Positions 12,938 to 24,292 of a stretch of 64,000 nt of DNA are shown piece after piece (position 1 is the stretch's first letter; every line of letters starts with the position of its first letter). Position numbers and translations under genes: made by a program. Below the pieces are notes generated by a model, which saw only the letters and a list, made by a program, of their open reading frames with translations, was not told the origin of the DNA and made no database searches. The stretch spans positions 6,937,279 through 7,001,278 of the forward strand of contig CM119270.1 in assembly GCA_051294375.1 (NCBI GenBank), in the 5' to 3' direction. This DNA comes from Paraspadella gotoi (lineage: Eukaryota > Animalia > Chaetognatha).

Positions 12938-14184
12938 CTTTTATTGAGTTTGAGTATGAGAATGGAGAGTTTATTTATTTACAGAAAATTTATTGTTTGT
13001 AAACATTAAAACCTTCGTTTTGTGCCTCCTGTTAATTTTTATTTCGAATTAGTTAGGCTGACTTTAATCTTATTTGAAATACCTTTCAGATTTTGGGAAT
13101 GGTAAGTTTTAATTATCAACAAACGAATTTGGTGACCGAGGACGGATGTTTGTTTTACATTTAAAAAGAGACGCGTGAAATTAATTATTAATTCCGAGAT
13201 TAAATATATTAAACAGGTTTAAAAAACCAATGTGAATTTTCCTAATAATTTGGGCGGTCTCGATCGCGATGTCGTCCGCAGTGGACTCCGCGGACGTCGA
13301 ACTTTCATTCCACGCGGGAACGCGCGTGTCGGTCGCCACTATTTTTTTTTAAAAAATTATAAATGAATAAAAACATAGGCATGAAACAAATACTTTTAAA
13401 CAAAAAACTGTTATCAACAATACAATTTAAGTAAATGAAAACGATTATCTCAAAGATCAGAGTTGTTTGGCTTAATCTCCACTGCTAGTTGAAGAGTAAG
13501 ACTTTGTCATCGCGTTGTCTGTCGTTGTTTATGCATAGATACTTGAGGGTGCTAAACGACAAAAAGTGGTTTAAATGATCTTTTGGATTCGGACTGAGGG
13601 TTCTTTATCAGGATAACATTATAAAAATGTTTATAAGTAGAATAAACCTCAGAAATAAGAAATTAATTTTAAATCAATTGGGACATCAAGGATGTGGGCT
13701 GGGATGGATGGATGTATGCTATGGTATAAAGTATGTTGGGTTATACCAACCACTACGGCCGCTTTCAGGAAAGTGGAATGTATGCAGTCAAGACGCGTTT
13801 GACTTCTGGCTTGAAACACCTTCACATTCCTAAAAGTCGAGGATCACGGTCAGGAGAACAGAAGTGGGGAACAAATCCTATATCGTTGTTTTTCTTCAAA
13901 ATTTTTGTTAAGGAAGGGCGTGGAAATAGGAAAACACGTCACAGGAAAGGAGGTAATTAATACAGTTCTGACGATTTTTTGTCAAATCGATCGAAAGAGA
14001 TAAGCGCCAATGATCTTTATTTTTCCATCTTTAAACGCTGACGACTTGAAGTACCTAAACTTTTTCCAAAAGAGCTGAATCCTCACTGGTTATAAAAGAA
14101 TTAATCGGCGCTTTAAAAATTCAAAGGTATATTTATTTAGGAAAAAACAGTTTTAATGTGCGGCAACGAATTTTATTGAACAAG

Positions 14185-14240
14185 TAAGTCGGAACATGTT
14201 TCCGACTCTTATAGAGTTAGAGTTCTTCATCAGCAATGAT
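14185..14240 (-). ncRNA. Minimal type I hammerhead ribozyme-like motif
   Basis: The reverse complement reads ttg-CTGATGA-aga-actctaactct-ata-agagtc-g-GAAA-catg-ttc-cga, with a P2 stem (actct/agagt) and a palindromic ACATGT P3. Confidence 0.55.
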
Positions 14241-14929
14241 TTTTCACAAAACAATTATCTCATGCTTGAAAAGTTGAGTTTGGTAGAAGAGAGGAGAGAG
14301 AGACAGAGACGAGAGGCGAGATTCCAACAAGAATGAGTGAGAATGTGGTCAGATGGGAGGACAGTTTCCAGGTAAGGACAGGGGATAGTAGAAGTAGATT
14401 GTGAAAATGAAAAAGGAGAGAAGAGATGAAGAGTGAGAGAGAGACACAAAAATTGAATAATACATTTAGTATGGCTACAACAGAGAAAAATAAGAATAAA
14501 TAAGTAACTTAAAGATTAACTAAGTAATACTACTATTACAACAATGGAAAACATAAATTAGGTAAAATGAAGTGAAATTAATGGAGTAATAAGGGTTAGG
14601 GATAGGTAAGTAAGAGTTAGTGAAAGTTAAGTAAAAGAAAGAGCTCAAAAATGAGTGGCCCCCCCCGGCGGGCAATGGAGGACTTTTGACGATAAAATTC
14701 GGGTCATGGCCTGTCATTAGGTTGAGATGAGTATATTTGTTAGAGCGTGACATTTCTGGGGTTGGTAAGTTCCACAATCTTACTTCTACTTCCCTGTCCT
14801 TACCTTAACTGTCCTCACATCTGACCACTTCTCACTTCAATTCTTTTGTTGTGGAATCTCCCTCTCTCTCTGTTCTCTTCTCTCTCTCACCAAACTCAAC
14901 TTTCACAGAGATTAATTGTTGTGAAAAAA

Positions 14930-14985
14930 TCACTTGCTGATGAAGATCTAACTCTAGTAAGAGTCGAAAACATGTCCGACCGTTA
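14930..14985 (+). ncRNA. Minimal type I hammerhead ribozyme-like motif
   Basis: CTGATGA at 14937-14943, stem actct/agagt, GAAA(A) at 14966-14970, palindromic ACATGT and a GTC cleavage triplet ending at 14976. Confidence 0.6.
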
Positions 14986-16482
14986 CTTGTCAATAAAATT
15001 CGTTGCCACATTAAAACTGTTTTTCCTAAAACATGCTAAAAACAACGAAGTCAGAGTCTATACATTAGTATATTTATATAGAGTTGGCCACTAGAAGAAA
15101 AATATATAACTTAAATAGGATAATAATTAGTAGAATTATTGAAATTTTTTTGCCTCATCACAGATCATATCAATCCACCCAATTACCTAGCTATCTTTAC
15201 AGGCCTATGAAACTTCATTTTTTTGTGGAAATTAGAATGAATTTAAATTTTCAACTAGATTTTCGATGCCATCTAATCTTTCCATTATCAGAAGCCCCAT
15301 TCTTATTTTACTTCTTCAATCATGTACGTAAATTAATTCGGCGCTTTCTTTTGCAGTTTCTTCATCCAGGGGAACCGTGTTTAGACATGTTTAAATCGTT
15401 AAATTCCCTACGGATCCCAAGTAGTTATTGCCATCTTCAGATTTCGACCATTTTTTTTTCAAAATCTTGCTATCTTCAATTGAAAGATCGGTAAGAGCTG
15501 TGCCATCATTGCCGGATATATCATCGTAGTACTTTTATGATCTCCGCAAGTCTTCAGATTTAAAGAATTTGTTACAAAAATTTATTTTGCAGAAGGTAGG
15601 TTACGAGTGTGATGTCCAATATCTCTATACGGACGAATATTTTGCTTTATAGGGAAAAGCAAATGTACGCTACTGAAACTATTGAATATAGTGGCTTGTA
15701 TCCAAACGACTTGCCTTTTTTTTCAGGTTTGACGTCATATTTGAATGATGGTTTTCATTTAGAATTCAGGCCAATCCTGTGTAGGGTGGTCTCCTGTTGG
15801 GTATATTGCGGCACGAATTAGACATTGGCGCAAAGACGCAGTTTTCCATCCAAATTAAGGATACCAAGCGCAAAAAATTCGAATGCTATTTTTTACGGAC
15901 TTTCAAGGTTAAGATTATAAGTATCGTGACCTGATTAGAAGGATTCATCCGATAATTATTATTTATAATTCAGCAAAAAAAAAGGGACTACGCCCATTTT
16001 TTGTTATTGTTGTTTATATTCTCGATCTTTGATCTTGATAATGTATTCTGGCGACCTTTAAGTGACGAGGGTCTCCAAAAATATCATCTTATCAAATACG
16101 TAACCAAAAAAATATTATTTACATCAACAAATATGTCTTAAGGAACCTGACGAAACAGTTACAACATAAACCATTGTCAAAGCAAAGGACCCCAAAAAAT
16201 CCGGTTTCGGGAAGAGGAGAAATACAAAGCGGCGGAGTCAGAACTTCGGGAAGAAGAAGCAATGCAGAAACAGATTCTTGCCACGATATAGTAGCTTAAA
16301 GTTAAAATGTTAAATTATTTGTTTAATTACGCATTAATCGTGAACGCCAGGGATGGGGAAAAAACATATCGTGCGGATTAATTTATAACGGTGCAAATCG
16401 TGTCAAGGAAAATTCATCAGTTTCGATAAAAAGCCCTCAGCAACTCAGCACGTCTAATCTCTCTTCTCCTCTCTCTCTCTTC

Positions 16483-16513
<31 letters not shown>

Positions 16514-16796
16514 CTCTTCTCGTACTTCTCTCAACTTTGACGCGGTATGAAGGTTCTCTAATTTTAACTAAGAAAAACTATACCCAATTAAACAATCGTT
16601 AATTCAAATTTCAAATCGTATAGGTCAGTTCAAGTATCTTATTCCTCACGATTGGTGACAATCAAACCGAAAATTAGAGGTTCTTTTATTACCCACTTTT
16701 CAACTTTTCTTTGCTGATACATTGCCGCTGATTTTGTACTTCATTGCATTTAATATTAGTTTTATTAATCTTATTATCAATATTACTTAGAGAAAT

Positions 16797-16870
16797 TGAC
16801 AGCGCTGATGAAGGCTTGTAAAACAAGTCGAACAGGGCTGTTCAAACTATTAAACTAAAATTCGTTGCCA
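16797..16870 (+). ncRNA. Degenerate hammerhead-like motif of a related Penelope-type repeat
   Basis: gacagc-g-CTGATGA-a-ggcttg-taaaa-caagtc-GAA-cagg-gctgtt gives P1 (gacagc/gctgtt) and P2 (ggcttg/caagtc). It is followed by the same 'taaaattcgttgcca' tail as at ~14994. The third A of GAAA and the NUH triplet are not intact. Confidence 0.5.
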
Positions 16871-17111
16871 AACAAAAATAACTTGTCATTCTTTCTTTAA
16901 TTAATAGTAACCACCGAAAAGAAAGGATTCTTCAATATATCAATATTACTTATATTGTATTCTCAATAACACTCTAAACGTTGACAATTTTGACCCTTCA
17001 ATACCAAACTGTGCGTAATTCTATGATAAGTAAAATTAAAATCTTATTTATGTAATTTTTAAAAGTTTATTTAACGATTAAAACGATATTAATAATTAAA
17101 TTAGGATTATT

Positions 17112-17352
17112 GAACAACGTGAGCAACTGTCGGATCTGCCTACGATAATTTATTATTAATTAATTAATTAATCGATTAATTAATTAATTAATAATTAATT
17201 TAATATGTAATAATTAATTTTAAATTTATATTCAAACTATCAATCATCATGTCCTTAAAATTGGGTTAGGACAGTTATAAATATGATTTTAGTAATTCTT
17301 ATCAAAACAACAAATATCTCTATTTTATTTTATGTGCTCCTCTCTTCTCTCT

Positions 17353-17408
<56 letters not shown>

Positions 17409-17929
17409 TTTCTTGAATTGCCGACGATCTTTATGCCTTTTCAGATTTTTTTAAACTTGCATCATGTTTTCTCACATTTAATTAATTAATTAATTCATTA
17501 ATTAATTAAAACATTATTAGTAACATTAATATTCAAGATTCAAGTAAATGTGACTTATGTCTTTTCCATCTAAACTCATTTCCCCTGGCACAAATTCCGT
17601 CATACTTTATATTATTCATTATATATACTAATATTAAAAGCTCAGTGCAACAACCAATGAACTATTCAAAAAGTTATATTGAAATCGATTAGTAGTAAAA
17701 GAAAAAAAAATTTAAAGAGAACTAGAAGTTATAAAAAGTGTTCAATTTGGCCGCCCTTACTAGATGATTAGGCCTTACTAGATATATTGCATGTGATTAA
17801 ACACTGTTATCGGAATAATAATTTATCAATTTTATGTAATTTTTTAGTATTTTAAGTATTTATTCAGTGAGTAAATAACAACTTTCTTACTTCGCTAATT
17901 TTATCTCGGACTCTTCTCTCTTTCTATCT

Positions 17930-17967
<38 letters not shown>

Positions 17968-18018
17968 CTCACTCTCTTTGAATTTGCGGACGATCCTTAT
18001 GCTCATTTTACTGCTCTC

Positions 18019-18049
<31 letters not shown>

Positions 18050-20055
18050 CTCTCTCTCTTTGTCAATTGCGACGATCCTTATGCTTTTAGGATTTTTTAA
18101 CTTGTATCATTTCTGCTCAAGTAAATGTGACCTTTTTTTTTTTTTCATTTAAACTCATTTCCACTGGCACAATTCCGTTCAAAACTTTATATCTAGCTTC
18201 ACACCAACTTTCCTACCGTCAAACAAATTCATCTCAATCTATTACTAAAAAGATTCAAGTAAATGTGACTCATATTTTTCATTTAAACTCATTTCACTCG
18301 TACTTTTCCACCGGAAACTTATATCAGCCATCGATACACATTTTTCTCACCACACAAAAAAATTTGAACTCATCTATCCATCCAATTATGGATTAATTAG
18401 CGTACTTATTGGTCATAAACTGCTAAAATATTTAGTAAATCGACTATTTTTATCTCCACTAACTCATTTACCACTCACACGATTACCCGTCCGCACTATA
18501 TATCCAGCTACTATCCAACACACTCATTTTCCTACCCACTACACAAAACTCTTCATGTTCATCCAAACCAGCCTCATCACGAGTTATTGGAGCTTTTTGC
18601 TTAAGGTGGGACGGCAGATGGACGGATTATTGACTGATAATTAAATTGATGATTAATTAATTGCTAATTGCATTTTAAATTAACTGATTAATTATTTTGA
18701 CTTATAATACATCCTGTTCCATTTAATATAAAAGTGGAAAGAAGCATATCAATAAGTGAAACCAGAGATTTTTTGTTTTTTCTATTAAATCCATTATCCA
18801 CTCAAAGATTCCATCGAAACTTGTTCCTGTTCACATCACACACTTTATCTACTCACATACAAAATCCAGGTCATCGATATTAAGTTAGGTATAAGCTATC
18901 TTGGTAACTTGGCATACTTTAATCAACTTGAATAACTTTGGTCAACTGACAATTAATTTGGTTAACTGACATTAATTTGATCCTACTGAATAATTTGTCA
19001 ACTGAACATAATTGGTCAACTGACATAATTTGATCCAATTAAGATAATTGGTCAACCGGCAAATTGGTTAAACTGGCATAATTAATCAAACTAGCCCTAA
19101 TTTGGTCAACAGGCATAATTTGGCAACTCTGCAAACTGATTAACTTTGCAGAATTTGTTCAACTGGCATAATTTGGTCAATTAGCAAATTTGCAGTCAAT
19201 CAATCAATCAATCAATCAATCTAATCAATCATCAATCAATCAAATCAATTCAATCAATCAATCAATCAAATCCAATACAGAGGAGAGTGAGAGAGAGAAA
19301 AATTCAACAATAAATGTGTCTTTTTTGGTTTGTCTTAATCTTTGAACTCTTTTCCACTCCTACGATTCCATCCAAAAAATTTTTACTTCCAAGCTATTTC
19401 ACATACTTCCATAACCCACACAACAAATATCATAATATCGAATTTATCTATCCCAATTTTAATAACAACAATAATTATGAGATTATAAATACAAAATACT
19501 TCAAGTAAATATGACTTTTGGTTTTTTCCATTTTAACTCATTTCACTCGCACGATTCATCGAAACTTTATATCGGCTCAATCACATATTCTACCATCATA
19601 CAAAATTTCAAAGGCTTCAATTGCACTATCCACTCATCGAGCAATTGGCGTTCAAATAGTGAATACTATTTTTTGTTCATTTATCCATTTAAATCAATTT
19701 CCACTCACGATTCCCTCGAAACTCATATCCATCTCAATCACACAGTTTCCTACCCACACGACAAATTCATACCAACCATCCACTCCAATCACGGGTAATT
19801 GGAGGTTTTTTCGCTAAGGTGGGAGCGAAACCGGACGACGGACGGATACGGACGACGGCACGGACGGACGGACGGACGGACGGACAGAGACGGACGGAAC
19901 GGAACATCATTTTTTGCATAATTTTTTTTTGTACTTCATAATTCGACTGTTCTTGACATGATATAAGTGTGTGCCCGACAATATATAGGGGCGGACGACG
20001 CGACGAAAAAGTGACGTTATAGATCGCGGATCTGCTGCATAAGCAGATCCGACTA
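17112..20055 (-). mobile_element. Long HINE/DINE-1-like element with internal minisatellite arrays
   Basis: 5' hairpin cggatctgct..agcagatccg (~20027-20051), (GGAC)n at ~19830-19900, repeated ~120-150-bp units ('aagtaaatgtgac..tttaaactcatttccact'), and a 3' sub-TIR 'tgtcggatctgcc' at ~17128 with terminal 'ttgtt' on the minus strand. Confidence 0.6.
18900..19270. repeat. ~19-20-bp minisatellite (aatttggtcaactggcat) followed by (TCAA)n
   Basis: Degenerate tandem copies are visible at ~18900-19190 and (TCAA)n at ~19196-19270. Confidence 0.8.
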
Positions 20056-20081
20056 CAATACTGTGCTAAATGCAAAAACAA

Positions 20082-20931
20082 TTTTTATCGGGATCTGCTT
20101 TAGCAGATCCCGACTCTATAATTGACTTTGTCGTCCGCGGTCGGCCCCTCAATATTGTCGGGCACTCAACTATATCATGTCAGAACATCAAAATTATGAT
20201 ACAACTATGGCAAAAAAAAAAAACGATGTCCGTTCCGTGTCGTCTCTCCGTCCGTCCTGTCCTTCTACCGATCCGCTCCTTCCGTCCACAGCTAGCAAAC
20301 AACACACCAAAGTAGCTCACTGAAATAGAGATGAGAATGGGAATGAAATTTTGGCGTGTGGTAGGGAAGTGATGTGTGATGAGCGAATGAAAGTTTCAGA
20401 TAGAATCGTCCAAGTGGAATGAGTTAATGGAAAAATAAAAAATAATTTCACTATTTGAACACTAATTTCATGAAGTGGATGGGGCCGATAGATTTGAATG
20501 TAGGTTAGAAAAGTGTGTGAATTAAACTGGAAATCAAGGTTTCGATGGAACTTTTGAGTGGAAATGAGTTTAAATGAAAAAATAAAGAACCTTATTTCAC
20601 GATTTGATTTATGTTCTTTTTCTTTTTATTTTAAATATAAATGCAAATGATTAATTTAATCAAAATAATTAATCAGCTTAATAATTCAATTAGTCACATC
20701 TCAATAATTAATTAATCAGGCTCAATTAATCAATTTCAAAACAAACATTTCTGATCAAATAAATTAATTAACTGCCTAATTTTAATTAAATAATTTAACT
20801 TGAATAAATTAATCATTAATTAATTAAAAATTAATTAATTTGAAATTAAATTATTAATTAATTATTAATTAATTAATTACCGATAATGATCGTGGGCAAA
20901 TCCGACATTTTTTTGCCCTCAAACTTGTTTT
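20082..20931 (+). mobile_element. HINE/DINE-1-like (Helentron-associated) non-autonomous element
   Basis: ttttta-tcgggatctgct-tt-agcagatcccga (sub-TIR plus inverted copy), then 'actctataa', a (CCGT)n tract and the internal minisatellite. The 3' sub-TIR gcaaatccga lies within a gggcaaa/tttgccc hairpin and the element ends 'acttgtttt'. Confidence 0.65.
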
Positions 20932-23900
20932 ATCTCATAGTAAGTTATAAAAAATTTAGATACTACTTCTCATCTTTAAGATCTTTGCAATTGTCATGTT
21001 TCATATGCGATTCAAATATTTTTTGTTGAAATTTCTCTCTGCTCTCTCTCTCTCTCTCTCTCTCTCCTCTCTTCTTCTCTCTCTCTCTTCTCCTCTCTTT
21101 CTCTCTCATCTTTTCCTCATTTTTATCACTTTAAGGTTATAAAAATTATCAACGTAGCGAGTTTTTTTTTCTTCGGAGGGAGTAAATTTTAAACAAACGA
21201 CTTTAAAAGGTGGATAGAACGCGATGCGAAAGAGAGAGGAGAGAGAGAGAAGAGAGAGAGAGAGCCAGAGAGAGAGNNNNNNNNNNNNNNNNNNNNNNNN
21301 NGGAAATTTCGAAGAAAATGGGGAGTAATTCAAATAAGAAAGAGCGGCATTAATTTCCATAATCAGCGCCTCAGAAGAGAGGGAGGAGGTTGTGGTCTCG
21401 CGGTCTCGGGTCGGGAATGGGTGTGGGTAAGGGGCGTGTGAGAGGCGGGGGGCGGACGGAGGCGGGTAGGGTAAGAAAATGTTTATGTATGGGCCGCTTC
21501 CTTGCGGAGGAGAGAGTTTGTGAAGGGACAAGAGACGAATAAAAGGTTGGGTCAGTTAAAATTCAGTGAGGTAGAATGAGAGGTAAGTTAAGATCGGGTG
21601 AGTAGAAACAAAAGTAGTGGAGACCAGAAATGAGATTCAATGGTGGGACCAATGACATGCAATAAAGGGGAATGTTGACTGCGGTCGTTGCACGGATTCA
21701 AACAAGTTTGTTTTTGGTTTGAATTTAGTCAGTCAGTTTCGTCAGTTTGGCTACTTCTGCCAGTTTGGCCACAGGCCAAATAAATAAGTTTGGCTAGTTC
21801 AGCTAATTTGGCCAGTTTGGCCAGTACAGGCATGAGAGTTGAGTTGAAGAATGTTTTTGTCGTCAGATCGCTTAACAATAATCATAGTTTATAAAAGCTT
21901 AAAAAAGTTTAAAAAAGCTTAAGCTTAAGTTTAAAAAAGTTTAAAAAAGCTTTTCGGGACCGCAATACATCGAATGCCTGGTAAAATGGGTTGTGATCAC
22001 TTTCGGCAACAGTTGAATTTTATAGCATTTTTTTTTTGTATAGTAGAAAAAAATCAGCGAGTTGTGTACAAAAAAATTCCTGCACCGAACGAGAGAAAGG
22101 ATGTAGAAACTGCTGTGGTGGTTAATGCGGTGGATTGGGAGACCTGATGTAGTTGAAACGCGTGATGGAGTGATTAGGAAAGGAAAGGGAGGCTAATGAC
22201 CGTTTTTGCCANNNNNNNNNNNNNNNNNNNNNNNNNNNNNNNNNNNNNNNNNNNNNNNNNNNNNNNNNNNNNNNNNNNNNNNNNNNNNNNNNNNNNNNNN
22301 NNNNNNNNNNNNNNNNNNNNNNNNNNNNNNNNNNNNNNNNNNNNNNNNNNNNNNNNNNNNNNNNNNNNNNNNNNNNNTCTTTTCTATTAAAGAATGAATT
22401 ATTAGGAAAAGCATTATCTCGTCTTTACCTCAACCCGGAATAAATGCGGACGGAAGCGAGTCTGACCTGAAAAACGGATACGAGGAGAGCTCTGCCGTCG
22501 GCGTCTTCGGCGTCGTCGTCGTTATCGTCCTTGTAATCGTCGTCGATGTCGTCTTTCGTCTTCGTTGGTTTCGGCGTTGTGGTCGTTATTCTTATCCCCC
22601 ACGTGCAATGGGAATGTCCGGGTTTTCCTCTTCTACTTTGTCATCGTTTTCTTTCTCCTCCCTCTGTCATTCGTATCGTCTTCTTTGTTCGTCGGATATA
22701 GATTTGTCAACGACTTTGTTATCACTTTCGTCATTTAAGTCGGTTTCGTCCGTGTCGTCTTTGACGACGTTGTCATCAGGATATTTTCGTCGTCGTCTTA
22801 ATCGTTATCATCATCTGTGATGGAGGAAATGAAACTCAAATGAGGATCCCGGTTGATTTACTTAACAAAGAATCGTTAATAAGGGTCAATGACCTATCAG
22901 TTTGACGGAGTTCGAAGGGAATCGTGGTTGCTGCAGCATAACTAGGTTCAAGGCTGATGTACCTTTAGCCGTATAAGTTTTCAGAAAATGTCAAGTTAGC
23001 GTCTTATAATATATAATATATAATATAAAATAATATATAATATATGTTCAAGACAACTTCCAAGTCTTCGCCCCGTTACTAGTAGTAATGAAATCTCCCG
23101 ATAATTTCGGTCAATGTTTTTCAAAATTATCAAAGTTTCACGATGTACGTTTCACAGCTGATGGAATCCTTTAGCGGTTGCCCACTGGCGACAACAACAA
23201 CGACGACGACAACAAAAAAAATTAAAATTCCTGCTCGTTGGAATTGCAAAAATATTTGACTTTTTATTCGTCTAATCAACTCTAATCAACGAGGCAAAGA
23301 ATTAAATTAAAAATTAAACATTTCCTTTTTTTTATTTATAATTATTTTTATGTGTGTGTGTTTTTTTTTTTAACGTTCTTTAGCTTTTTTAAGGAAATAA
23401 GAGAAATATATTGGTTGATTGTTAGTGAGTAAAAGCGCCACCGATGCAGATGAACATACCCACCAGCGCAAACTCAACTTCGCTCCACCACCGCCCTCTT
23501 ACGCCTCCACTTATGAGCCTCCGCTTTTGAATCTTCGCTTTTCTATTCTTCGCTCGAAGGTTTTGGCGCCAGAGAGGCGCTCATCTCTTCCAAGCCACGG
23601 CACAGAGAGAGAAAGAGAAGAGAGATGAGAAAGAGAGAGAGAGAGAAGAGAGAGAGAGAGGAGAGATGAGAGAGAGAGAGATGAGACGTAAGAACTGTGG
23701 AACCCCGTGAAAAAAAAAAAAAAGAAACTTCGTTAAAATAAAGAAAGTATCAAGGAAACGATAAAAGAGAAGCGTAAGAGCAAGAGATGAGAGTAAAAAA
23801 GAAAATATAAAAGAAAGTAAAAAATGAAATAAAGAAGCGAAAGAAAGTCAATAAATCCCTTCTAGAGGCCGAGGGGATCATTAAGGAAGCTTTTGACAGG

Positions 23901-24248
23901 GCTTATCCCAGCACGATGTGAGGCCTGAAAAAAAAGATGGGGAGGGGAGGGCTCTGAGTAGTCTTAATTGTGTTACAAGTTGTTTTCAAGAGGGGAGAGA
24001 GATGAGATGAGAGAGAGAAGACGAGAAGAGAGAAGGAGAGAGAGAGAGAGAGGATGAGAGAGAGAAGAAGAGAGAGAGAGAGGAAGGAAGAGCGAGAAGA
24101 AGAAGAGAGGAGAAAGAGAGCGAGAAGAATAGAAGAGAGAGAGAAAAAGAAGGAAAGAAAACAAGAGAGAGAGGAGAGAAAGAGAGAAAGATAAAAGAAG
24201 AGAGAAAAGAGAATTCAACTAATGCAAGTGTTGGGACGAAGAAGAGGA

Positions 24249-24292
<44 letters not shown>

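Larger units (their letters stand above)
14136..15030. mobile_element. Inverted pair of ~265-bp Penelope-like pseudo-LTR repeats (arms 14136-14403 and 14773-15030)
   Basis: The two arms are reverse complements throughout, with indels. Each contains CTGATGA...GAAACATGT(T)C followed by the tail 'aataaaattcgttgcc(g)acattaaaactgtttttcctaaa'. Confidence 0.7.

Noticed and set aside
13785-13860. Minus-strand 'aaacgcgtc' after a gactt/aagtc stem, hammerhead-like
   Set aside because: There is no intact CTGANGA core at the right position.
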